NCBI RefSeq assembly: GCF_009914755.1
Contig: NC_060932.1
Reading direction: 5' to 3' (one strand)
DNA: 64,000 nt
DNA from: the human T2T-CHM13v2.0 reference genome, Homo sapiens
Below are positions 1 to 12,251 of the stretch, one piece after another; positions within the stretch are counted from its first letter, which is position 1, and each line of letters begins with the position of its first letter. The notes below the pieces were generated by a model, which was given only the letters and a program-made list of their open reading frames with translations, ran no database searches and was not told the origin of the DNA. Both the position numbers and the translations under genes were made by a program.

Positions 1-927
1 GGCAGTTTTCCCCTCCCAGTGTAAACAAAGCCACTGGGAAGTTCAAACTGGGCGGAGCCCACCGCAGCTCCACAAAGCCACTGTAGCCCGACTGCCACTC
101 TAGATTCCTCCTCTCCAGGCAGGGCACCTCTGAATAAAGGGCAGCAGCCCCAGTCAGGGGCTTTTAGATATAACTCCCATCTCCCTGGGACAGAGCACCT
201 GGGAGAGGGGGTGGCTGTGAGAGCAACTTCAGCAAACTTAAACGTTCCTGCCTGCCAGCTCTGAAGAGAGCAGTGGATCTCCCAGTACAGTGCTTGAGCT
301 CTGCTAAGGGACAGACTGCCTCTTCAAGTGGGTCCCTGACCCCCATGCCTCCTGACTGGGAGACACCTTCCAGCAGGGGTCGACTAGGTATTAATGGAAT
401 GTATCTCAAAATAATAAGAGCTATTAATGACAAACCCACAGCCAATATCATACTGAATGGCCAAAAGCTGACAGCATTCCCCTTGAAAACACACAAGACA
501 AGTATGCCCTCTCTCACCACTCCTATTCAACATAGTATTGGAAGTTCCGGCCCGGGCAATCAGGCAAAAGAAAGAAATAAAGCGTATTCAAATGGGAAGA
601 GAGGAAGTCAAATTGTCTCTGTTTGCAGATGACATGATTGTATATTTAGAAAATCCCATCGTCTCAGCCCACATTCTCCTTAAGCTGATAAGCAACTTTA
701 GCAAAGTCTCAGGATACAAAATCAGTGTGCAAAAATCACACACATTCCTATACACTAACGATAGACAAACAGAGAGCCAAACCATGAGTGAACTCCCATT
801 CACAATTGCTACAAAGAGAATAAAATACCTAGGAATGCAACTTACAAGGGATGGGAAGGACCCCTTCAAAGAGAACTACAAACCACTGCTCAACGAAATA
901 AAAGAGGACACAAACAAATGGAAGAAC
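1..927 (+). mobile_element. L1PA7/8-like LINE-1 remnant: 5'UTR segment (1-384) fused directly to an ORF2 reverse-transcriptase segment (385-927)
   Basis: L1PA 5'UTR text (gggtccctgacccc, cctgactgggagacacc). ORF-track peptides [23 protein letters not shown] and [15 protein letters not shown]...[10 protein letters not shown] are L1 ORF2p RT, including the FADD motif. Confidence 0.9.
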
Positions 928-983
928 TGCACTCCAGCCTGGGTGACTGAGCAAGACCCTGTCTCAAAATAATGATAATAATT
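926..983 (+). mobile_element. Alu 3' terminal fragment
   Basis: actgcactccagcctgggtgactgagcaagaccctgtctc followed by an A-rich tail. Confidence 0.85.
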
Positions 984-989
984 GGGAGC

Positions 990-1860
990 ATTGCAAAAGA
1001 CTCTAGGGAGTCCTTTCAGTGGCACAGAGGCATGAAACTCTGCTTGTACCCTTCTCTGACTTACACAAAGCAAAAGCAATCCACTGCTGGGAGAGAAACA
1101 GGAAACTCCTGCCCCCAGGACCCAGGCAATGTTCCTGGGGGAGTGGAGGAGAAATGGAAGTTGCCTCTGAAGGAGGAGGAAGAGCAAAGATGGACTGCTC
1201 CTGAGGGAGAGGTAGAAGCAAAACCCTCTGCCTCTGAGGACAGGGGAGGAAGATCTTCCTGCCTCTACCGGGAGCCTTGTACTAGTAACAAACAATATCA
1301 GTCTACCACTGGACAGTGCCAGGCAAAGGTGCAATAGCACCAGTAGGGGTGAGAGACAAAGGTCATCTGCTCATGGGAGAGGAGAGGAGCCAAACTCCTG
1401 CACTGATTCAAGTAGGGGTCTGAGAGAAAGCCAGGATACTGTCTCAGGCCCAAGACTTCACATAGAGATGACACAGTTTGGCTGCCACAAGGAGAGGTGT
1501 AGGAATGCTGTTAAAGCCGCACCTCTGAGGCCAAGAAGCACAGGGCCAGCCTGAGGCTGAGGCAGGATCAAGAGAACTGAGAACTCCAAGAGCTTGCTAT
1601 TTATTGCGAGACCATGAAGACAGACTCCTCTGTGGGGCAGTTGAGTGGGGTCTGCTGAAAGCTGAGAATGAAACAGAAGACTGAGTAAAACCTCCGGCAC
1701 CCCAGAACCCTCATTAAGCCAAAGAAGAGCACCCCATTGTTGGAAGAATTTGAAGTCCTAGTGCACTGAAATGGTGACACCAATGACAAAATTCCAAACT
1801 AGCTCAACTTATGAAGAGACTGATTCATTTACTCATATTAACAACCAGTCAGGAGAAGAA
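990..1860 (+). mobile_element. Probable old L1M 5' region
   Basis: Purine-rich, internally repetitive sequence ending in aaattccaaactagctcaact...agaagaa, resembling old L1M 5' ends; recognised by resemblance only. Confidence 0.4.
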
Positions 1861-1899
1861 TTGAGATTTATTTCTTTCAATTTCCACTCTTCTTTCATA

Positions 1900-2890
1900 C
1901 ACTCCAATCAAAGAGGTCAAAAGGAACCTATGAAGAGAAGCCATCAATATCCTGAATTCTAGGATCTTCTAAGAGACCTATTTGATTTTCTACTGGTCTT
2001 TTCAGTCATTGGTAAGGCTGTTACATCATTGGTAAGGCTCCAGGATCATGTCATCCAGGTTTCTGGTGCAAATGAAGTGAGTTTTATTCAGCTTTCCCCA
2101 ATCAACATTTTTCTTTTTAATCTACTTTGTTTTCTTTCCCTTGTGCTTGTCACTGTTATCTTCCCTATCTGAATCTCAGACTTATCCCCATCATTCTTTC
2201 CTAGCTCACCTTTTTCTTATTCTTCTCATCTGTCTCCTCATCTCTGGCTTTCCTCTTTCATTTCTTCTCCAAAGAAAAAGCAATGAGATGGTCAGTGAAA
2301 CAAGGGTGCATCTTCACTGCTTCCTGACAAGCCTCCTTCTAGGTATTCAGTCTAATTTTCTTGAAGATAAAGATCACTTTGATACACAGGCTAATAAGTT
2401 CATTGTAGTCAGAACAGACTGTGAAGGAGTCCCCAGCAGAAAACACCCAGATACGCTGCTCATTTTCAGTGCTTAGTGAGCACAACTTTCTGCCATCAGG
2501 TAGGCAGAATAAAAGCCAACACCAACCCATCCAATCATGGAGATATCTGCACCGGTGGGCAAAGCTTCCCTAAAACCTTGGCAATAGTTGATAAACTATT
2601 ATGATGGTATTAGCCTTGATCATGCCAATTCCCGTGTCTGCAAGAGTTAGGATCAGTCTGGGAGATCGAGAATGATGTCTACCTTTAGTTCTTTATGACT
2701 AGCCATCTAACTTGGAACTGTCTATTAGGCTTTAATGGCAAATCTTGTCCAGGGTATCAGAAACAATAGAGGTTTGTTATTTTCCTTATTCGAGTAAGAG
2801 ATATTGATGATAAAAGACTAGGCAAACTTCCTGGGAGGCAAAGGTTTCCACCTACTCCTCTTGATGGTACACTTCCTCGGGCAGTTGGAA
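1900..2890 (-). pseudogene. Processed HSP90AB1 (HSP90-beta)-like pseudogene, N-terminal ~345 codons, with stops and frameshifts
   Basis: Minus-strand translation gives, in order: (L)[98 protein letters not shown], a charged linker, KLNKT..TRNLDD, SLTND and PFDLF. These are colinear with HSP90AB1 without introns. PEEVxH and KELKxDII fit the beta rather than the alpha isoform. The start codon is mutated to CTG (2884-2882). Confidence 0.93.
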
Positions 2891-2989
2891 CAAGTGCAGA
2901 AAGAACCAGAAAGGAACCACAAAGACTATTCCTGTTTCTCCTTGTGTGGATGGCACAGAACTGACTAAAGAGCCCTTAGTTATTTTTGT

Positions 2990-4800
2990 ACACTAACTCT
3001 GTGCAATTTTGAAAGAGGTATATTAAAATCTCCATGAAAATTTAGTGCACTATCTTCTTTTTAATAGTTTTAGTTAATATTGTATCGTGTATACAGGTTT
3101 AAAGTTTTCATAAATTATGCCTTTTACTATCACATAGTATTTCTCTCTGTTCTGTCTTACTGAGCTTAACTTTAAATTCCACCTTCTATATTTATACTTC
3201 CCTGACTGCTCTTCTTTTATTTATATATCCCTAGTGTCTATCTGCTTATCTATATATCCCTAGTGTCTATCTGCTTACTCCTTTTTTTCAACATTTTAAA
3301 AAATTTATTTGTTTCAAATGTGTTTTATTTTTTAAAAATCACATAATTTTTTTTCCTCCAAGGCTGACAACTGCTGCACTAATAGAAAAAATCCAGTCCA
3401 TTCATATTTAGAGGAACAATTTAAATAATTGTTTATTATTTTCATTTTTATGTATGCTTACCACTTAATTTATTTTATTGTTTCTTCTTTTTCCTTTTTC
3501 TAATTTTTTACTAGGTTACTTATTCCAGTTTTAACTTTGTTAATCTACAAGTCCTGGTCCTTCTCTTTCTTCCAATTCTTGACACTCAATCCAATATATA
3601 TTTTTATAATATTACATCAAACCAGATACCACCTCTGACCTTATACTACTCTATTTATCCACTGCCTTATTGCTCCAATTCCTGTCAAAATAAATCCCTT
3701 AGAACACTTTTGATTTTTGTTGTTTCTCCCTACAAACTCCTTGTTTCCCCCTACAAACTTCTAAACAGAGTTTAGAACTTTTATTCTAGAGTACTGTTGA
3801 TTTTCCATTACAATATGTTCCTTCTCTTAAAAAAAAACTGTATTTATCAGTTATGTTACTAATTCACAGTCACAATATTATTAAATATATTCACTAAACT
3901 ATTTCTACTGAAAGATTTATTGCTCATTGTATTTTTCCTTGCTATTCTACTTTTATGGAGGGATCTGGTTTATAATTCATTCCTTATTTGTTAGGGGAGA
4001 GTTTTTCTCACATAGATCACCTATATTTTCTAGGTCCTTGCATATCCATAATGTCATTTTTTATGTCTTGATCTGAGAATTATGTCTTTGCTAGGTATAG
4101 AATTTTCTGATTACTCTCTTATTATCTTAATGCCTGTTATCCCGCTATTCCCTTGTTACCAGTGCTATGAATAAGTAGTTCAATGCCACTCTGATTCTTT
4201 ATCCTTTAGTTTTTAACTTATTCTTTCTGATTATGAGCTTCTGCATTTTTCTCTTTATTGTTAGATTTCAGGAATCTTGTCAGAATATGTGTGTTTTTAT
4301 TCCCCATCTACCCTGCCTGGTATTCAGTGAGCCTTTTCAATCTTTAGGGTCTTTGTTATTAAAATCAAGGTATTTTTCCATTTTTTTCTTTTAACTTATG
4401 CTAGGTCTTCTGGGTCTATCCTATGAGATTTTTATCATTTATCTTATTTTTTTTCACATTTTATTTTCACTCTGTGTTTGAAGTAGTTTTACCCTTCTTT
4501 TCCATTCACTGATTTGGTTCACAACAGTGATCATCTTCCCTCAAGTCAGCTACTAATAATTTTTTAATTCAAAAATTATCTATGTTTCTTCCAGAAAGTC
4601 AAACATATGTTATAATTGACTCTACTTAAAGGGACTTAGTATTTTGTTTGTTGAAGTTGATGAACACGGTTATGTGTCACATCTTACAGCTCTAGTTCAC
4701 AGGGGCCATCTGTTCTAAGGGTTCTGCTTCATTCCTTTAGCATTATCAATGTTTTCATTCATCTACTCATGATTTTTATTCAACTTTAGTAGCTATGTCA
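2990..4800 (-). mobile_element. Old L1ME/HAL1-like fragment (ORF1 to ORF2-start region, antisense)
   Basis: T-rich sequence with antisense L1M hallmarks (gaaagaggtatattaaaatctcc; tttgctaggtatagaattttc; aatgccactctgattcttt). Confidence 0.6.
3222..3277. repeat. Tandem duplication, 27-bp identical copies, period 29
   Basis: tatatatccctagtgtctatctgctta at 3222-3248 and 3251-3277. Confidence 0.95.
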
Positions 4801-6549
4801 GGTTTCCCGGGATAGTCATGTGACGGGAATTCTAAGAATAATAGAATAGATATAATTGGCTTCTTGTGAGAAAGTGATATGTAACTACCAACTGTCAGAT
4901 CTCTGTTGAGGCACTAGACGGAGGCCACTCTGATCTTCATTCTCACCAGTTTAGAATGCCATTTGTTTTTAGAACCTCCCTGAGTGAGATTTTATCAATG
5001 TAAATAAAATGATTTTTACTTTCTTAATTAAAATATTTCAATGACTTTTGATTGTACTTGGAATTAAATCTAAACTCTTTTTTGTGGTCTGCAAGATTTG
5101 CATAATTTTTGTGCTACATCTCCAGCACTACACTTGGTGTAAGTCTTCCATTCTGTTTTCTATTCTTTCAAAATAGTTTAAATTCTCTGGTCTCTCAATT
5201 GTACTTTTATTTTCCAATGTTCTCATGGCATTTTAATTTTATGTATTTTTAGTTATTTCAATAAGTTCAAAAAGTTAAATTCAATTGTTCAGCCTACTGC
5301 ATTGAACCATAAATCAAGACATGTAAGCAAAATTGTGTGTAATATCTCATAGATTCTATAATAGGCATATGTGAGGAATAGTGTTGAGCATTAAGGAGCA
5401 AGTGGCTATATGTATGTGAATTGAATAGTTGTTAAGAAAATGGCTAATAAAGGAAGTGACATGAACTCAGAGACTGTAATCACCTTGATATTATAAACTA
5501 TAATTAATTCTTCTTTGAATATCTCAATACTGGTTATCTATTAATATTGAATGGTTATGTTAACATATTACATAGTGAAATAAGTGATCCTAACCCTTTC
5601 TAAATTCTAGGGAGCTTCTACTGTTTTATTATTACTAAAGGATTAGAGCTTGGGTAGACTGCTCTTCTTTTGGGAAGTTTAATAAGGAGTCTTTGTAAGT
5701 GTGTATAGATAGTACCATGGTTAAGACTATCGCAGATATTGAAAAATAGTTTACTCTTCAAAATAAATTACAGAAATCTTAGCAAGCAGAAAAAAGTGTT
5801 GGTGGAGGAAGTAAAGAATGGGAGAATCACCTCAGTGAAGTGGGGAGTAATCAATATACAGGCAGAGTGAGACCCATGGACATTCGTGTCCACTGAGAAA
5901 TTCCTGTGTTGAAGGTGACTAGAAAATTTATGATGACCAATACTCAATCATACATTGTTTCTCTGTTAGTACTAGGGTAGTAATTCTTTTCACTTCCTGC
6001 AAGCTTTCAGTAGAATATGTTACAAATAAAAGCCTTTTGCTAGTGATGTTCTAAGGAATTAATGATTGGGTAGAGAGGAACTGAGAGAGGAGGTCCACAG
6101 AAAGTGAGACAGTGGTGGGCACCAGGCACAATAAACATACTGGCACTAGGAATTCAGACTGTGCATAGGAACAAGGAAATAAGTACTTTAGGAAATTTTC
6201 AAAAATATTATGGATCTTGTTGGACTTTTTACAGTACATGTGAGATATTATTTGCATATTAAAAGAAAGGGCAACCGAAACCCTATCAACCTCAGAAGGC
6301 TAAAGGATTTAGGACGTTAGGTTACAAAGTACTTTGAGATATCTAGGTTACAAATTTATGTGTGTCTGTGTCAGGGGTGGGGTTGTTAAAGTGAACTGCA
6401 CTACGTCATTTTAAATGCAACTCAATTTCTGTCCTTACATAGTCAGCAATAGTGAGAACTGACATTTGTGATTTACTCGTAGATTTTGAAACATTGAAGA
6501 ATATTTTCTTGATGTTGTAAGCTCTAGTGAGCAAATTTGAGGACACTGA

Positions 6550-6785
6550 AAAAGGCACTAGCACCTGCACATAGTGCACTTTGATATATATTTGTTGCAT
6601 GAATCAATCAATGAATTAATCAGTGCATGAATAATTGAGTGAATGAATGAATTAATGAAAAGGAACAAATGAATGAGCCAGGGGAACTGGATTTAGTTCT
6701 GACTTAACACCTTTGGGCTTTTTTAAAATCCATAAATGTAAAGAATTTGAATTTTAATTTTAAGCACCTTTCAAGTTCTAATAAT
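6550..6785 (+). mobile_element. L2 3' end followed by a MIR-like fragment
   Basis: gcacatagtgcactttgatatatatttgttgcatgaat with a (tgaa)n tail, then ctggatttagttctgactt...cctttcaagttctaa. Confidence 0.55.
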
Positions 6786-7219
6786 AGAAAGTTTATTATT
6801 ATAAGATTTCAAACTGTAAGACAACACTTACAAAAATCAAACAAAGTGAAATTTAGAAGTGTTATGGTACTCATTAAACTAAATTTATTAATTACATTAT
6901 TGATTTTCCTAATATTTACAGAAATAATATATTTCTGTATGTATATGATTAGTATGAGAAACAAGAGCAATTAATACAAATGAAAACAGTATAAATGCTC
7001 AGTCAGCCTCAAGGCTAAACTTTTTTCTGCTAAGACTTTAAAGACCCAACACAGTACTTGACCTTTAGTGAACTCTTAGTAAATGTTTGTAGGATAAATG
7101 AATGAATAATTAATGGTTACATTATATAATCAAATATTAAATATTTAGCTTAATGTTGATATATTTTAACTCTCTTTTGTATTCATTTTAATTCTTTCCA
7201 TTAATTTTCAGTTATAATA

Positions 7220-7355
7220 AAAAAGAGAGAAATGGAAATGGGTTTAAGCTTTAGTGTGAGGGATTTATATTTCGTTTAAGAAAGACAATTTGGCAGAGAA
7301 GATTGTTTGATAATAGAACAGTTTACTGAAAGAAATTGGAAAATTTCTTAAGAGA
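7220..7355 (+). mobile_element. L3/CR1 LINE fragment
   Basis: ggaaatgggtttaagctt...gagggattt...aagaaagacaatttggcagagaagattgtt resembles the CR1/L3 3' ORF region. Confidence 0.55.
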
Positions 7356-7589
7356 TTAGTGTTAGCACAGTACAAAGGCAGAAAATTAAATTAAGTCAAT
7401 AGTTTCAAATGTATGCATTTTATATCTCATCAAAGACTGTATAGAAACAAAACTCCCCCATTTGGTGAAAAGGACAAGTATTTAATGTATAACATTAGAT
7501 GAGTTGTAGGTAAGTATGTAATTACAGTAGCATTTTAGAAAATGAATTTTATTAATATCTCAAATAAAATGTTAATTTCATTAGTTTTT

Positions 7590-8050
7590 ATTCATTTGAA
7601 AAAATAAAGGGGCTACTCTTGTTGCTATTTTAGGCATAAGGACTACAAAAATGAAATGACAACCTTAAGGGACTCATACTTTAGTGGTGAAGTCAGACAA
7701 ATAAGACAACATTTCCAGGACAGCCTAATATTTTTAATATGTAAAGACCAGGGGACTCTGGGAGCAACAAAGAAAGAACACTTCAGAGGTTAGGGAATGA
7801 TTTACAAAAATGTCTTTGAAGACCATTAGAAAATCTCTCAGGTAGGAAAGGAAATATTTCTCTGGTAGAGGGAGATGGACTTGTAGGACTATCAGATTCT
7901 AAGTTGTAGGGTCATGAAAGAGCATGGTTTGTCCAAACACAATTGAATATTTACTTAGTGTCTACTATGTTCCAGATATCTGAGGTGTAGAATATACAGT
8001 GAAGAACAAACCAGACATTATCTCCAACTTCAGGTTGTTCCAGGCTAATA
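7590..8050 (-). mobile_element. L2 fragments
   Basis: atatttacttagtgtctactatgttccag...tacagtgaagaacaaaccagacat, and ttaaggggactcatactttagtggtgaagtcagac. Confidence 0.6.
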
Positions 8051-8059
8051 TTTACAAAG

Positions 8060-8950
8060 ATTTTGGTAACATTTAATAAAGTGTTTACTTGCCCTTGTTG
8101 AATACTAGCTATTGCTGTTTATTAAACCTATGTTACAGTTCCAGTAGTGGCTTGTGTTTTTCTGTGCAAATGACATATTGGTTTTTGAATTCTTTTGTTT
8201 TTAATATTTTTATTGAAAACCCAACTGTTTCAATCTATTAGCTAAGGACAGACTTGGCTGTTGAATTTGAAATTTATGGCAAAGTTAAAAAACACGTAGT
8301 CTCTGAACATATATACTAATTACTCTAAGTTTTTAATCCATTTTACAGAAATTTGGTAATTATCAAATGGAATATTCTGACTACTCGTTTAAACCAGATC
8401 ACATTTTGTTAGAAATGGTGTATGAATTCAGAAGGTCTTAATGGCCATGTTCCAGTGTCATCAACCAAGAAACAGTGAATCTCCAAAAAAATCATTTTCC
8501 TGACCCAATTTGTGGACTTCGTTAATTTAACTTTCTTCATCTTCTGATGCACAGGCCAGAAATGGAATTGTTGCCTCTGAGTGTTAAAGTAATATAAATA
8601 ATTTATTATTTTCATTGTTGACCAGCATTTTGTTGTTCTTTTGATAAAGACTAATGGTTTTTCAGAGACTTTGTTTGATCAAATTGTATTTGATGAGAGT
8701 AATTTTTTCTCCTTTTCCATTGGTTTGAACAGTAACTAAGTCTCCATTAAATTAAAAATGTATTATTCTACATATGTAAATTTGAAGTGAGTTATACTTG
8801 ACAAAAAACCTGCTTACTTTCATTATTTCAGTTGTTAAAAACTTACTCAAATACCCTCATTGAAGATTTTCTTTATCTTATTTTATTTTTTCTGAGCTCT
8901 ACATATACTTTCAACTTCCATCATGGTCTCTATATTTACTCATTCTCCGT
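8060..8950 (-). mobile_element. Decayed hAT (Tip100/Zaphod-like) DNA transposon, transposase 5' region
   Basis: Minus-strand reading shows LVDDTGTWP (DDPxxWP-like), followed by degraded RxWLVY..VF..C..F TTF zinc-finger-like segments in the expected order; heavily frameshifted. Confidence 0.4.
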
Positions 8951-9140
8951 GATCTAAACACTATTAAACAATTTTTAAAAATATATTTGTATTCAAAGTA
9001 TCAAAATTTGCATCAAAATATGAAACAGGTAGTTAAAGCATAAAATTAGCTTAACATATATTCAAACATATTTTCAAAGGATAACTTTCAACTTTCTAAT
9101 ATGAAAGTTAAAAGCCAAAATGGTCACAAATAACTATATC

Positions 9141-9511
9141 TGTATTAGTCCATTTTTATACTGCTGTGAAGAAGTACCTGAGACTGGGTAATTTACAAAG
9201 AAAAAGAGCTTTAATGGACTCACAGTTCTACATGGCCCGGGAGGCTTCACAATCATGGCAGAAGGTGAAGAAAGATCAAAGGCACATCTTACATGGTGGC
9301 CAACAAGAGAGCATGTGGAGGGGAACTGCCCTTTATAAAACCATCAGTTCTTGTGAGACTGAATCACTATCATGAGAACAGCCTGGGAAAAGCCTGTTCC
9401 AATGATTCAGTCACCTCCCACCATTTCCCTCCCATGACATGTGGGGATTATGGGAGCTACAATTCAAGAAGAGATTTGGGTGGGGGTTGGGGACACAACC
9501 AAATCATATCA
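9141..9511 (-). mobile_element. THE1D-like solo LTR (ERVL-MaLR)
   Basis: TG...CA termini (tgtattagtc...catatca), THE1 body, 5-bp TSD ATATC (9136-9140 and 9512-9516). Confidence 0.92.
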
Positions 9512-9926
9512 ATATCTCAAATAAGTTGTTAAGGAACACACAATATAAAAAGATATAAATTAAGGCAACCATAATATAAATTGTGGGAAAAGGGTAAAAG
9601 TCTAGAGTATTTATATGCAACCAAATTTAAGTTGTTATCAGCTTAATATAGTATGTGATAGCTACAAGATTCTTCATGTTTGCCTCGTGGTAACCACAAA
9701 AAAAATTACAGCACATACACAAATGGTAAAGAGAATTAATTCAAAACATAGCACTACAGAAAACCACCAAACCACAAAGGATTAAAAAAAAAAAAAAGAG
9801 GCAGAAAGGAACAAAAGAGCTACAAAACAATCAGAAACAATTAACACAATGGCAAAAGTAAGTCTTTACCTATCAATAATAAACTTGAATGTAAATGAAT
9901 TAAATTCTTCAATTAAAAGGTATAGA

Positions 9927-10236
<310 letters not shown>

Positions 10237-11537
10237 CTACTAAATGGGCAAAACCAAAACAATACTCAAGTATATACCGCCTACAAAAGACTCACTTCAT
10301 CCGTAAGGACACACATAGACTGAAAATGAAGTGTTGAAAAAGATATTCGATGCAAATAGAAACCAAAAGTGAACAAAAGTAGCTAAATTTATACCAGATA
10401 AAATAGACTTTAAGTCAAAAACTGTAAAAAGAAGACAATGAAGGTCACTATATAATGATAAAGGGATTAATTCAGCAAAATCATATAACAGTTATAAATG
10501 TATATGAACCCAACATCAGAGCTCCTGAATATATAAAGCAAATATTATTATATCTAAAGGGAGATATAGAGTGTAATAGAAGAATAGTAGGGGACTTCAA
10601 TATACCACTTTCAAAGGTGGACAGGTCATCCAGACAGAAAATCAATAAAGAAACATTGAATTTAAACTGCAGCCTTGATCAAATGCACCTAACACATTTA
10701 TAGAACATTTTATCCATAGCTACAGAATACACATTCTTCTCAACTACTTATGGGCCATTCTCCAGGATAGATTATATGTTAGGGCACAAAACAAGTCAAC
10801 AAATGTCAGAAGACAGAGCTCATATTGATGATCTTTTCTGGCTGTAATGGTATAAAACTAGAATAAAAGTAGGAATTTCAGAAACTTTACAAATACATGG
10901 AAATTAAGCAACATGTTCCTGACCAAGGAGTCAATGAAGAAATTCTAAAAAAAATTTAAACTTTTTTTCAGACAAATGGAAATTGCAATACAGCATACCA
11001 AACCCCACAGAATACCACAAAAGCAGTTATATGAAGAAAGTTTCCAGCAATAAATACTTGTATAAAAAAGAAACATCTTAAATAAACAGCCAAACATTGC
11101 ACCTCAAGGAATTAGAAAAATAAGTAAAAGCTAAACCCCATAAACTAAATTAATAAAAAAGGAAATATTAAATATCAGAGCAGAAATAAAGACTACAAAA
11201 ACAATTTAAAAATCAGTGAAACAAAAAATGAGTTTTTTGAAGTGATAAAACTGACAAGCTTTTAGCTAGACTATCAAAAAAGAAAGAAGACTCAAATAAA
11301 ATCAGAGATAAAAATAAACAACATTGCAACAGATATCACAGAAATATGAAGGATCGTAAGAGTCTATTATGAACAATTATACACAAACAAAATAGATAAC
11401 CTCGCAAAAAATGAACAAAAGCATTGGACACATACATCTACCAAGATAGAATTATGAAAAAGTAGAAAATCTGAACAGACCAATAATGAATGAAGAAATT
11501 AAATTAGTAATAAAAAGTGTCTTATAGAAAAGAACTC

Positions 11538-11834
11538 GGCCAGGTGTAGTGGCTCAGACCTGTAATCCCAGCAGTTTGGGAGACCGAGGTGGGCAGATCA
11601 CCTGAGGCCAGGATTTCGAGACCAGCCTGGCCAACATGGCGAAACCCCATCTCTACTAAAAATAAAAAAATTAGCCGGGTGTGGTAGGGGGAGTCTGTAA
11701 TCCCGGCTACTTGGAAGACTAAGGCCAGAGAATCACTTGAACCCGGAAGGCAGAGGTTGCGGTGACCCGAGATCCTGCCATTGCACTTCAGTCTGGGTGA
11801 GAAGAGCAGAACTCCATCTCAAAAAAAAAAAAAA
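11538..11834 (+). mobile_element. AluS (Sq/Sx-like)
   Basis: Full dimeric Alu with poly(A). Confidence 0.95.
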
Positions 11835-12038
11835 CCTCATTAATTGAAAAGAAGAGAATACTTCCAAGCTCATTCTACAAGGCCAGCATTACCCTAATAC
11901 CAAAACCAGACAAGGACACACAAAAAGGGAAACTACAGGTCAATATCCCTAATTAACATAAATGCAAAAATCCTCAACAAAATACTAGCAAACTGAGTTT
12001 CTTAACATTAAAAAGACTATTTACTCTGATTATGTGGG

Positions 12039-12207
12039 TGTATCCATCTGTTCTCACACTGCTATAAAGAACTACCTGAGACTGGGCTCTTTTATTAACT
12101 TACACTTCCACAGGCTGTACAGGAGGCATGGCTGGGTGGGGGCGGTGCTCAGGTAGCTTACAATCATGATGGAAAGCAAAGGGGAAGCAAGCATGTTTCC
12201 CGCTTAC

Positions 12208-12251
<44 letters not shown>

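Noticed and set aside
972-1337. 121-aa acidic ORF
   Set aside because: Lies in purine-rich, probable L1M 5' sequence; no recognisable domain or exon structure
9400-9415. DUX4 site in the THE1D LTR
   Set aside because: The usual TGATTCAATTA is mutated to TGATTCAGTCA here
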